A DNA stretch of 43,890 nucleotides, taken from positions 1-43,890 of the forward strand of contig NKIB01014396.1 of assembly GCA_002256025.1 (NCBI GenBank). The letters run 5' to 3'. The first letter of the stretch is position 1. Each line of letters starts with the position of its first letter. The notes below the pieces were generated by a model. That model did not search any database, had not been told where the DNA came from, and saw only the letters and a program-made list of their open reading frames with translations. Origin of the DNA: Asterionella formosa. Taxonomy: Eukaryota. This document shows positions 33,996-43,890 of the stretch, one piece after another. The position numbers and the translations under genes were made by a program.

Positions 33996-35141
33996 ATGTT
34001 GTATCGGCTTACAATTTGTGCTCTTTGTTTCGTTGCAATTGCAGCGGAGAAAAATTCAGCGTCATTGCCTTCACCTATCACCCATACTAGCTACAATGAG
34101 GCTGAAGCGAAATTTACTTCTACTGAGGACGCTTTCGTCGGACAGGTCCGGGTCGCTGCTCCGGTCACTTCAACTCCAATTGTCATTGGCACCTCAGTTC
34201 CCGTCTGCATCGAAACTGCCCCATTTTCTGGTGCAACCATTTCTAAAACACCTATTTCCGGTGCCCCTGTAACTGGTGAGGTAGTCACTGCTGCTCCGAT
34301 ATCTCCTGGTAGTAAGGATTGCGACAGGCCTAGTCGTGCTTCGTCCAGTGGACCTGTAACTTCAGTTCCAGTATTCATCGAGGCTACCATGATACCTGAC
34401 CCAAATATTACCAATACCCCGTTTTCTGGTGTACCCATTTCTAGCGCCCCCATTTCTGGGGCCCCTGTAGCTGGGGAGGCAATCACTACTGCTCCGAGAT
34501 CACCTGGTAGTAAGAATGGCGGCAAGCCGCCAAGTGTCCCTTTTTCTTCAGTTCCAATCGGAATTGGTACCTCAGTGCCAGTGTTCATCGAAACTCATTT
34601 CCCTGACCCAAATATTTCTTCTGTCCCGTTTTCTGGTTTACCCATTTCTGTTCCCCCTTTTTCTGATGCCCCTGTTACTAATGGCATCATCAGTGCTGCC
34701 CCCGTGGTTGTAAAGCCTGGTAAAAATGATGGAGGAAAGCCTGCAAACAAGACTGGTGGTGATAGCAGGTCTACTGGCAAAACTGGTAGCAACGCCATTC
34801 CAATTGTTACGTATGGAGGACCTGTCACTTCAGCTCCAGTGGTCATTCGCACCTCAGCTCCAGACTCCATCCAGACTATCGCTGGCCCAAAAATCAACTC
34901 CACTGCTTCTTCTGGTACACCCATTTCAAATGCCCCCATTTCTGATTCGAATGTTAGTAATGCTACTACTACCATGATGAATCCTCCTTATACCCCGACA
35001 GCACATGGCCGCAACAATGGCAAGGCTGGTAACAAGTCCAAATCGAAGAAGGGATCAAAGAAAGCGATCAAACACAAAGGTGCAAACAGCAAAAAGATGA
35101 AGAAGCTGGGAAAGGAATCAAACCACACCAATACTAACTAA
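33996..35141 (+). CDS. Secreted Pro/Ser/Thr-rich repeat protein with Lys-rich C-terminal tail
   Basis: Signal peptide MLYRLTICALCFVAIAA. About 4 degenerate ~60-aa repeats (TSVPVFIET..PDPNI...PFSG.PIS.APISGAPV.GE.IT.AP.SPGSK). Tail GKAGNKSKSKKGSKKAIKHKGANSKKMKKLGK. Confidence 0.8.
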   Translation: MLYRLTICALCFVAIAAEKNSASLPSPITHTSYNEAEAKFTSTEDAFVGQVRVAAPVTSTPIVIGTSVPVCIETAPFSGATISKTPISGAPVTGEVVTAAPISPGSKDCDRPSRASSSGPVTSVPVFIEATMIPDPNITNTPFSGVPISSAPISGAPVAGEAITTAPRSPGSKNGGKPPSVPFSSVPIGIGTSVPVFIETHFPDPNISSVPFSGLPISVPPFSDAPVTNGIISAAPVVVKPGKNDGGKPANKTGGDSRSTGKTGSNAIPIVTYGGPVTSAPVVIRTSAPDSIQTIAGPKINSTASSGTPISNAPISDSNVSNATTTMMNPPYTPTAHGRNNGKAGNKSKSKKGSKKAIKHKGANSKKMKKLGKESNHTNTN

Positions 35142-35459
35142 GGCACACACGAGACCGACATCTAGAATGAATTGCTTTTAAAGAAATGATAGTGCACCAA
35201 GTGTAGAGTATTCTGAGAACGCTACGCTTCAACCTTACGTGCACTCTAAGCACTACATTCGAGATGACGGTGAGAAAATCTAATGGTAGGTTTGTAATTT
35301 ATTATAGGGGGAAGATTCCCTAGTCTAGAAAGTATCTCCTGCTCCTATAGCTAAAGATTTTTGGAGGGCATAGAGCTAAGCAACAAAACGCACACCGACA
35401 CTGTACGCCTGTGGCATGTTGCAATTCCATTCTCCATCCTAACCATGAGTGTCATGGCT

Positions 35460-36005
35460 TCAAAGGAATCCGGCAGCAACACTCATTGAAATAAATGAAA
35501 AATATAGTGACCTTCTTGTATCTTCTTCCAAAAGTTTGGGATTCTTCTGATACTCCTTGATACGCTTCGGTTCAATCATTCCTTCTTTCTCCATTTCCTT
35601 GAGCGCCCTTGCTGGGTCCGCAAACAGAATATCTAACAATTTTATTTCCTCTAGGGCTGTGTGGAGATGAAAAATAAGTTGTTCATCGGGAGTCTCGGCA
35701 ACAAGTGCGGAGAGTGCTTGCTCCTCTTCTCTCTTCATCTTCTCCACCATTTGAAGCGTTTTGGGATCCTTATTGGCAGTTTCAAGTAGGAATGCGATAT
35801 TTGTAGCATCCTCAACGGATATTTTCCCTCGCCCCCTTTTCAGTAATGTCTGGACCAACGCTTCTCTTGGATGTAATCCATCAAACTCGTCGCTGCTAGT
35901 TTCCTTCTGTGCTGTGTGCTTTTTGTTGGCAACCCCAAACTGCGCCACTGTTTGGACTGCACATTGAGCTATCAACCATACTAGTATTAGGAGGATAGTT
36001 TGCAT
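35460..36005 (-). CDS. Small (181 aa) signal-peptide-bearing helical protein of unknown function
   Basis: ATG at 36005 starts signal peptide MQTILLILVWLIAQCAVQTVAQFG. Charged helical body and hydrophobic C-terminus LYFSFISMSVAAGFL. The upstream ORF extension (to 36395) reads through GTAC-rich intergenic sequence and is probably non-coding. Confidence 0.75.
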   Translation of the reverse strand: MQTILLILVWLIAQCAVQTVAQFGVANKKHTAQKETSSDEFDGLHPREALVQTLLKRGRGKISVEDATNIAFLLETANKDPKTLQMVEKMKREEEQALSALVAETPDEQLIFHLHTALEEIKLLDILFADPARALKEMEKEGMIEPKRIKEYQKNPKLLEEDTRRSLYFSFISMSVAAGFL

Positions 36006-36500
36006 GTTATCTAACACATATGTGTAAGTTGTTGGATTGAGAGATAATGATGGGAGCAAGGATTTTGCAGTCTCAAATGATCTTTCATGAACGATATATA
36101 ACCCGGAGAATGATTGATGAACGCTGCACGGAAGAGCGCTGGAATGGGCGGTACCTGGTAGGGGAACCGCATGAAAATATCTACCGGTGGTCGTATGTAG
36201 TGAAAACGAGCAGTCCGGTTCAGAGCCAGTGCCCTGGTACCGGTACCAGGGTATACAGTACTGGTACCGTGTATTAATAATATTGATGAACCCACCCAAC
36301 ACGCATATTGAAAATGAGCTAGTAACCCTAACTGTAGACATCATTTCTATCATCAACGATACACATGCACCGCGGTAACTACAATCTAACCCCATTTCTA
36401 TTCCCTAAAAATTTGGGCGCGAGATTTGTCTCTTCATGTACCGGTAGGATTCGGTCGATGTGGTGATGGTGGAAAAAAAAATTAAATTTCGACCGCAAAA

Positions 36501-36567
36501 GGTACCTGGTACCAGGTACCACCAGCCTGGTACCAGGTACCAGCCTGGTACCAGGTACCAGGGTACC
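36501..36567. repeat. Self-complementary GGTACC(A/T) minisatellite between divergent genes
   Basis: GGTACCTGGTACCAGGTACCACCAGCCTGGTACCAGGTACCAGCCTGGTACCAGGTACCAGGGTACC, containing an 18-bp unit CCAGCCTGGTACCAGGTA x2. Confidence 0.9.
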
Positions 36568-36718
36568 ATGATTAAAATTTCGTCGACCAAGTGAACTTTA
36601 ATTCCCTTGGGTATTTGGTCGATGCGGTGGCAATGCTCTAATAATAGCGAATTCCCGATCATTTCCTTTGTTTTTGCTTCCATTCCTTCACTCGAATAGA
36701 TCACGAGATCATTACAAA

Positions 36719-38311
36719 ATGAAATGCAACCCTAGTATCACCAAGATGCAAAGATCAGTGCTGAATAATAAACAACGATTCTTCTGGTGCATCGGGGTGA
36801 TTTGTGTGTTCGAAATGATTCACATACCAGGATTTGTTATCTTTTCCGACCCCAGCACTACAGCACATCCTACTGAACAAATCAATGAAGCGGTGGAGAA
36901 ACCTGAGCAGCAGCAGCTCTTTGTTGCTGTTCAGGACGATGATTTGTTATTCGGCAAGAGCTGCTTGCGTTCCAAAAATAGCATTACTATGCAGTGGGAC
37001 TGCCGAGATTGTGGACTAAAAGGGCTTTACAACGCCCGAACTGACTGTCCTCCAATGGAAGCAAATGGTGTTTGTCACCCTATTCGGAATTCCACTTGGG
37101 ATGACCCACCTCGCCAAGCATCCACTTTCTCTGCCACTTCTAGTACCACCTCTCATCACCATCTTATCACGCATTATGGAATGCGTGAAGAATTTCAACA
37201 GATTCAATGTGATTCACTACATGATTGTTTCAATGTGACCAAGTGCAAACCAACAAGCACTACCAAAACGTCTATGAAACTCTTTGCTCACGGGGACAAC
37301 ACAAGTCTAGCCAATGAATTGGTCACATTAGCAGTGCAGAACTATCCTACAATGTGGGAACGCACTTTGGATGCATCCGAGGCTTGTCTCTTGGTTGTTA
37401 CATGTGACTCATATTCCAATGTGTCACAATTTTTGGATCATTTTTACCATGATGGTAAGAATCACTTTATATGGGATTCTCCTGAGTGTTTTGGTTCACA
37501 TGGAGATCGGCCCTTTAATACAGCGGTTGATTTCAAATATGCCGCTTTGTCAACAAGTACATTGACGGATGCCAACATTCGACGTGGGTATGATATTCCC
37601 GTAACTCGCGTCAGAGGGTTTACTATAGGCGAATTTTGTACTTCGGTCTTGCCACAAACTTTTAATGAGGATAACAGTAATTATGAGCCTAGAAAGTACT
37701 TACTTTCATTCAAGGGAAATATATTCAATTGGGAACAAGTATGGTGGCAGCATCGATGGTTGGCAGCAGAATATTGGAACTCAACAAATGATGATGAATC
37801 AGATGTGATTGTAGATGTCAAATGTGGAGGGTTAGAAGATTATAGGCTTCCTCATTCCAGCTTTAATCAACTTCTACTGCAATCCACCTTTGGATTTTCA
37901 CCTGGTGGAGGATCAGTGGGTAGCTATCGATTTGCTGAAATACTTGGGTTGGGTGGGATCCCTGTGGTAGTGTCTGATTTTATTCCACCCATGTGGCCAG
38001 AACTGGATTGGTCCGGATGCCTAGTAAGAGTGAGTGAAACCAGAATTGTAGATTTACCAGACAGGTTAAGGAACATGACAAAAAAGGAGATAAGTGATAG
38101 ACAACAAAGATGCAAGATCTTATTTCAGCTTACAATTGGATGGAAGCAAGTTAATACATCATGGTGGGAAATTGATTCTGGAGAACAAGCATTCTTGACA
38201 TCCATGAGGATTTGGTATGTCAGAATGCAGGAGTACTTTTTGAAACAACAACAACAATTCGCATTTGAAAATGAATTGATAGCAGAGTTTATACGGTTTA
38301 AGAAAGAGTGA
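36719..38311 (+). CDS. Exostosin-family (GT47) glycosyltransferase, type II membrane protein
   Basis: N-terminal TM FFWCIGVICVFEMIHIPGFVIF. CFNVTKC; EACLLV; GKNHFIWD; IRRGYDIP; RKYLLSFKG; LLQSTFGFSPGG..VGSYRFAEILGLGGIPVVVSD...P...LDWS are exostosin motifs. Confidence 0.9.
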   Translation: MKCNPSITKMQRSVLNNKQRFFWCIGVICVFEMIHIPGFVIFSDPSTTAHPTEQINEAVEKPEQQQLFVAVQDDDLLFGKSCLRSKNSITMQWDCRDCGLKGLYNARTDCPPMEANGVCHPIRNSTWDDPPRQASTFSATSSTTSHHHLITHYGMREEFQQIQCDSLHDCFNVTKCKPTSTTKTSMKLFAHGDNTSLANELVTLAVQNYPTMWERTLDASEACLLVVTCDSYSNVSQFLDHFYHDGKNHFIWDSPECFGSHGDRPFNTAVDFKYAALSTSTLTDANIRRGYDIPVTRVRGFTIGEFCTSVLPQTFNEDNSNYEPRKYLLSFKGNIFNWEQVWWQHRWLAAEYWNSTNDDESDVIVDVKCGGLEDYRLPHSSFNQLLLQSTFGFSPGGGSVGSYRFAEILGLGGIPVVVSDFIPPMWPELDWSGCLVRVSETRIVDLPDRLRNMTKKEISDRQQRCKILFQLTIGWKQVNTSWWEIDSGEQAFLTSMRIWYVRMQEYFLKQQQQFAFENELIAEFIRFKKE

Positions 38312-38873
38312 GTCGTGATTTGCAACAGGCGCTCAGTGCATTTGTGCCTTCACATAGGGCCTAAATGTGAAAAGTTAAGGAGTTGCTGAAGAGGCATAGT
38401 AATATGAATTTGATATTGAATTTGATAAAATTGGTGTTTCATCCGTTCAGACAATATCCCCAAATGCAAGTTAGAATAGACACGTGTGTGTGTTGGGAGT
38501 ATCCAGGACAGAAGTATATATTATGTTGACTGATCAAATTTAAGAAAGGTCTATGTATTCAGCAGAAAAAAATTGTGCAATAACTTCTCCTTCTTTTTGT
38601 TAATCGTTTGATACATCCATGCCAGTAATTTTCAATACAACTGAATGTCACAAAAAATACATGTGCGGCTTGCTACATGACCTATAGTAAAATGTGTACT
38701 TTGAGTCAAATGACTATGATTTGTTACTACACTGGCTGATCACATTGAATGAGAATGTTGGACGTAGCTCAAAACACGCCGAAAATGCCAAGATTAAGAT
38801 AGATTATTCACACAAATCGATGGTACACAGAAATATGAACATAATAAACACGAATGCAAGAGCACTACAATTA

Positions 38874-40175
38874 TCAGAGGGCAATGGAGCTCATCAATTG
38901 ACTCAAATCCGACAGTTCATCACGTTTAGAAGCCCCTCTGGTTCGCATGACCGATGTGGATGTTTCTTTCCTTCTCGATTTCTTTGGTGTCCTGGTCATG
39001 TCGATTCGTCGAAAGACAAATTCCATCCCGCCCTTTTCCAAAGCATCCATGGTTGCGTGAATATTCATCACGGCAGATCGAGCCAGTCGTGGGTGCTGGT
39101 CTTCATAACTCCAGTAACTTCTCAAACTCTCACGAGCTGATGACAGACCCCCTAAACAAGAGTCGGTCGATTCATGTTTCACCATGCTGTTTGTAATCTC
39201 ATGCATACACTGACAAATGACCTGAATGTTGTAGCCCCCTTCCAAGGCCACCACAAGTGGTATATTAAGCTGTAAGAGTGAGGCTGTCATGGACCCGTAA
39301 AATTCAGGGGTCAAGTGGCAGTCCCCAATCAAATCATTCTTCGCAGCATCCAGTCCGCATGAAACAATAATCAATTCCGGGGTGTGTGCACCAATCATTG
39401 GTAGCACAATCTCTGACATGGCTGCCGCATACTCTGCATTGCCCATAGACCCCTTGGTCCAGGCAATGTTGATATTTTTTCCGTCATTTGTTTCCTGTGG
39501 CGAACCAGTTCCAGGAAAAAAATACTGTTTGTTCAATCCAAAACGATGCATGGAGATATACATAATGTTGTCACATCCCCACACCAGCTCTTGTGTTCCA
39601 TTGCCATGGTGTATGTCCCAATCCAAAATAACTGTTCGTCTTCCCGCCCACTTGGCTGCCACAGCTACAGAATTGAATATACAAAAGCCCATTTCATGAG
39701 CTTGACATGCGTGATGACCAGGTGGTCGAACCAAGGCGATGGAGGTTGAGTTTGTATTCGTCATGACCGCGTGACAAGCAGCAATGACACCCCCACACGC
39801 AAGCTTTGCGGCATTAAACGAGTGTTCATTGTAGTACATATCGTCGTCTAGATTTGACTTATCTTCAAGTTCCGCTGCAGTCAGGGCGGCCGTGGCTTGC
39901 ATCGATTCGTAGTGATACGCCGAATGGACACTGACGATCTGTTCTTTCGTTGCCATGGGGCAGTCGATTCGAAGCAAGGATGATTCTCCGAATGCTTGCA
40001 TTAGGTGAGAGTAGATGGAGGTGAGCCGTTCAGGTCGCTCAAAGACGTAAGTAGCAAGGCTAGATTTGATGTCAGCGCGACATGATGGTGGAGAATCTTC
40101 ATTCTCGTTGTTTTCTTGGTACGAAACGGGTCTATGAAGTGCCATGCGCTCATCATAGACGAGATGAACTAACAT
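38874..40175 (-). CDS. Class II zinc-dependent histone deacetylase (HDA1/HDAC6-like, single domain)
   Basis: ERPERL; RPPGHHA; GFCIFNSVAVAA; LDWDIHHGNGTQ; SMHR..FFPGTG; NINIAW; SCGLDAA; LEGGY. Confidence 0.93.
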   Translation of the reverse strand: MLVHLVYDERMALHRPVSYQENNENEDSPPSCRADIKSSLATYVFERPERLTSIYSHLMQAFGESSLLRIDCPMATKEQIVSVHSAYHYESMQATAALTAAELEDKSNLDDDMYYNEHSFNAAKLACGGVIAACHAVMTNTNSTSIALVRPPGHHACQAHEMGFCIFNSVAVAAKWAGRRTVILDWDIHHGNGTQELVWGCDNIMYISMHRFGLNKQYFFPGTGSPQETNDGKNINIAWTKGSMGNAEYAAAMSEIVLPMIGAHTPELIIVSCGLDAAKNDLIGDCHLTPEFYGSMTASLLQLNIPLVVALEGGYNIQVICQCMHEITNSMVKHESTDSCLGGLSSARESLRSYWSYEDQHPRLARSAVMNIHATMDALEKGGMEFVFRRIDMTRTPKKSRRKETSTSVMRTRGASKRDELSDLSQLMSSIAL

Positions 40176-40678
40176 CTCGGTAAGCTGCTGTATTCTAAAA
40201 TGTCAAATCGAGTTCGATGGAGGGGTGTGTCCTTGTTCGCCAGTGTGTGCTTGTCTCCCTGTCGTCAACGCAGAATGTGATGGACAACAACAAAATGATG
40301 AACAAGGAACGAGAAAAGCCCTACATAAGTCAGTTTGAATCCTCCCTTTTCATATGTATCTTCATTCACGAATATATGTCGAATGAACCGAAACATTTAG
40401 CGGGTATATAGATATACCGATGAATTTTTTACTGTCTTGATTATGTATTTATACCGGAACATAGACACTAGGAGATAGCTTCCTCAAAGTCCTCGTTTGC
40501 TTGGTTTTTTGGTTCTCTGTCTATTGACAACATACCACACCGTAATTGGTAAAATTAAACCCAAGTTGTATTTTCCTGTAGGCCTCTCCTATGTGTCTAC
40601 TTGGTCATTTTAATACTGGCACGGTATTGATCTGAAAATACAAGTGGAAGGACCGTGTTGCAACAGTATGTAGGTATG

Positions 40679-40717
40679 GAAAAATTAAACCCGCTTTCAC
40701 TGCGGGTTTAATTTTTC
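40679..40717. repeat. Perfect 16-bp-stem inverted repeat
   Basis: GAAAAATTAAACCCGC-TTTCACT-GCGGGTTTAATTTTTC, followed by the palindrome GGTTTAATTAAACC (40718-40731). A related AAAATTAAACCC lies at ~40551. Confidence 0.9.
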
Positions 40718-41293
40718 GGTTTAATTAAACCATAACAGTACGCATGATCATCGTAGGAATACACACTGTACGAGTACATTTTAGCTATTACAGGGAACCA
40801 GGTACCAGCCACGAAACTTCTTAACCATAAATAGAGAACAAGGTGCTTGTGACTCGGAGTTTCCATCACAACATTGAGATCGTTTTGAATTTTCTCAGGA
40901 ATGAAACAGCAACTTCATTATTTTATCATGATTGTGGTGCACTGTGTCCGGTCTTCATGTACATCATGGTGTTAATATCTGCATATGATGCTCCATACAT
41001 GCGCCGTATGAACCATACCGGCGCAGCCACCAGATTAGGTACATGCATGAGTGCTAACAACGATGTACTTGGAACAGCAATAGAATAGTCATAATATTGT
41101 AGTTCACCTTTATTCACGATAAGGTTCCCCTCAACAGAACTACAATATCTGTTCTCTTTCTCTTGTCCGCAACTGCGAAGTTGCGGCTCTTGTCGACAGT
41201 GCAAACCAGCACTGGTCTCAACAATCAACCGTCCAGCACCGTCCAGCACCGCTTGCCCGTTAGCTGTTCCTGTCTCTCAGGCCTTCTTCCACC

Positions 41294-42395
41294 ATGACGA
41301 CTCCAATCGTTTCCGCTGTTTTCCCATTCCCTCATCCGCTCTTGACGCCGATTGAGGGCAAACCTACAGCCTTCACTGTAACCCGCCTTCGCAAGGAACT
41401 CTTTGCCAACGCTCGCTCTGTCCACTGTACCAGTGGTGGTGGTGCCAACGGTTTCCTTGGTATTGTCATGGCTGCTGCTCCTTATCTTTTACGTGCCGGT
41501 GAACCCTTTGTACTGCCCGAACATCCCGGTATCCAGCCGCCACACAGTGCTACTGCAACACAGTCCCAAATCACTGCTGCCAACCGTCTCTTTGACACCT
41601 CCCTTGACGCATTCCGCCGTTTCTCCCAAATCCGTGAAATTCTCTGACAACAAATTCTAACAGCCATTGACCCAACCTACTACAACGTTCTGGAAGATGC
41701 TACATTTGGATATGCAGACATCACTGTTCTGACCTTGCTTGCTCACTTAGAATCTACAAATGCAACATTGAGTGCGGATGATTTGGAACTCAATCGCATG
41801 CGCTTGGCCGATGCTTGGACACCAGAGGAACCTATTGAGCATTTATGGATCCGCATCAAACATCTTCGTGCCATTGCTGATGCTGGTGGGGAACCTTTCT
41901 CTGACAGTACTGTCATGCGATTGACTCTTTCTGCTTTAGAACAGGCTGGTGTACATTCTCATAGCATTCAAACTTGGCGTGATGGCGCTGAGCTGGACCG
42001 TACATGGGTTAATTTTTGCCCGCATTTTTTGCCCGCATTTCATGCATGCTGATAAGGAACGATTGCGCCTTGCCACCACCACCACTGCCGGTTATCATAG
42101 TGCCCATGCTGCCATTCAAACCAATGGCCCTCCCCCATTGCCAGCTATTGCTGCTGCTGCTCGTGCTGTCCCTTCTGGATACACTTACAACAATGTCCAA
42201 TTAGGCTATTGCTGGACTCATGGTCTTACCAAAATCCCTGACCATACCAGTGCAACTTGCAATCATCCAGCTTCTGGCCATCAAATCAATGCCACCCTTG
42301 ATCGACGTTTGGGTGGCAGCGTCCGTCTTTTCAGTGATGGTCCCCGTCCTACTCGGCCACCCCGTGTTTCACCACCACCTTCACCACTTGCTTGA
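41294..42395 (+). pseudogene. copia gag, disrupted
   Basis: FPHPLLTPIEGKPT...LFANARSV...GGGANGFLG; WTPEEPIEHLW; knuckle YCWTHG...HTSATC...H. In-frame TGA at 41645 and a 13-bp duplication (TTTTGCCCGCATT, 42014-42039) causing a frameshift. Confidence 0.88.
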
Positions 42396-43890
42396 TGTGG
42401 AGGGGAGCAAGTTGCTGTCGATAATACTATTAACACAAACTTATCTCCCATCACTTGTCCCCCCGTCACACTCTTTGCTGATTTTGGTAGTTCTGGCAAT
42501 TACGCCACTGTTGATTTACCTGTCATCAACAAATGACCTACCACCAACCCTATCACCATTCAACTTCCTAACGGCAACCATGTTAAATCTACACATGAGG
42601 CCGAATTATCTTTACCTATGCTATTACCTGCTTCTCGTCATGTACACATTGTCCCTGGTCTACACAATTGCTGTTTATTGAGCATTGGACAACTATGTGA
42701 TTCTGGCTACGAGGTACTCTTCACCAAACTACACATGTCTGTGTTATCCGATGGTCATTGCATCCTTCAGGGCCATTGCTCCACCACCACTCGATTATGG
42801 CATGTCACCGCCGCCACGATTGATCCACCATTGCCTACTCCTACCCACTACGCTGCTACCGCCATTGGCAGTCCCAATGCACCAGCACTTGTTGCTTTTG
42901 CCCATGCGGCCCTCTTTTCTCCTGTTCTCTCCACTTTGGAAAGCGCATTACTCCATGGGTATCTTGTCAATTTTCCAGGTCTAATCTTAGCTACACTACG
43001 CAAACATCCCCCTCATTTCATTGCAACCATCAAAGGCCACCTCGATCAAACACGTCAAAACGTACGATCCACACGTGTGCCCCCAACTATCCTTGAGCCT
43101 GAACTTGCATCCATTCCTACTACCAATGTGCTGGGTGATGCTGATTTCCACCCTGAGGGTCTTGCAACCCCTACCCATATGTGTTTTGCGTCCATTATTG
43201 CACCCACAGGCCAAATTTACACTGATCAAACCGGAAAATTCATACTCCCCTCCAGCACTGGAAACAACTACATTATGATTTTATATGATTATGACAGCAA
43301 CTACATTTTCGTTCAGCCCTTTCATAACCGAACCGCTTCCTGCCTCCTTGCAGCATATAAAACATTACATCAACGTTTGTGCAAAGCTGGCCTACGTCCC
43401 AAACTTCAACGCCTTGACAATGAGTGTTCTACACTCCTCAAAGAATTCTTGGACGAAGAAGCTATTGACTTCCAGTTGGTCCCGCCGGCTGTCCATCGTC
43501 GCAATGCCGCTGAACGTGCAATTCGCACCTTTCAAAATCATTTCATTGCCGGTCTATGCAGTGTCGGCAAACACTTTCCTCTCCACTTGTGGGACCAACT
43601 ATTAGTTCAAGCTGAACTTACTCTTAACCTCCTCTGTGGCTCACGCATCAACCCCAAACTGTCTGCTTGGGCACAGATCAATGGAACCTATGATTACAAC
43701 TGTGTCCCCCTTGCTCCACCTGGCTGTCGGGTCCTTGTTCATGCCAAGCCCCAACACCGCACAACATGGGCTCCGCATGCTCTCGATGATTGGTATGTCG
43801 GCCCTGCTGTGGATTCCTATCGCTGCTACCGCATCTGGATGTGGGACACACGTTCAATCAGAATCTGCGATACTGTCTCGTGGTTTCCAA
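42396..43890 (+). pseudogene. copia pol (protease, GAG-pre-integrase, integrase), partial
   Basis: Same frame as the gag end. LFADFGSSGNY (protease, D-S/T-G mutated), TGA at 42534, LLSIGQLCDSGY, HAALFSP..ST, KGHLDQTRQN, integrase YTDQTG...YDYDSN...LDNE...HRRNAAERAIRTFQNH. Open from 42537 to the window end. Confidence 0.9.

Larger units (their letters stand above)
40970..43890 (+). mobile_element. Ty1/copia LTR retrotransposon, CoDi (copia of diatoms)-like, degenerate, truncated by the window edge
   Basis: Putative short 5' LTR TGTTAATATC...(40970) to ...ACA (~41136-41144; boundary uncertain without the 3' LTR). gag at 41294, then protease, pre-integrase and integrase in copia order. Confidence 0.9.

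Noticed and set aside
36006..36395. 130-aa N-terminal extension of the minus-strand ORF (and similar extensions of ORFs 10314, 14070, 33909, 36668)
   Set aside because: They run through GTAC-motif intergenic DNA or start at non-ATG codons. A clear signal peptide, NLS-bearing region or gene-like composition begins at the downstream ATG.
36501..36567. Repeats resembling a CRISPR array
   Set aside because: Units are 7-18 bp with no unique spacers and no cas genes; eukaryotic context.
38874..40175. HDAC10-like polyamine deacetylase (relevant to diatom long-chain polyamines)
   Set aside because: The gatekeeper position reads DLIG, not the DPEG of HDAC10, and no PEACE motif is visible; an ordinary class II HDAC is more likely.

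Overview
Eukaryotic, very likely diatom (Bacillariophyta) nuclear DNA. Evidence: short GT-AG introns, signal-peptide+F plastid-type presequences, a diatom-type LRR C-cap and a CoDi-like Ty1/copia element. I see 14 apparently intact genes: a presequence-bearing coiled-coil protein with two SAP domains, a type-I membrane protein, a Royal-family/Tudor-like + AP2-like protein, a TM-anchored PH protein, THREE CLN3/battenin paralogues, a 3-exon RING-Rcat + UPF1-like SF1 helicase fusion, a METTL21-like methyltransferase, a secreted LRR protein, a secreted P/S/T-repeat protein with a Lys-rich tail, a small secreted protein, an exostosin (GT47) glycosyltransferase and a class II HDAC. They are interspersed with decayed transposons (PIF/Harbinger, piggyBac-like, a possible MITE and a copia running off the right edge). 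The most notable items are the RING-Rcat/RNA-helicase fusion (candidate RNA-activated ubiquitin ligase), the diverging CLN3 triplet surrounding it, an LRR gene with hypervariable binding-face codons, and a self-complementary (GGTACCW)n motif enriched upstream of start codons. No rRNA, tRNA or CRISPR was seen. All domain calls come from reading motifs by eye; no database searches were run.
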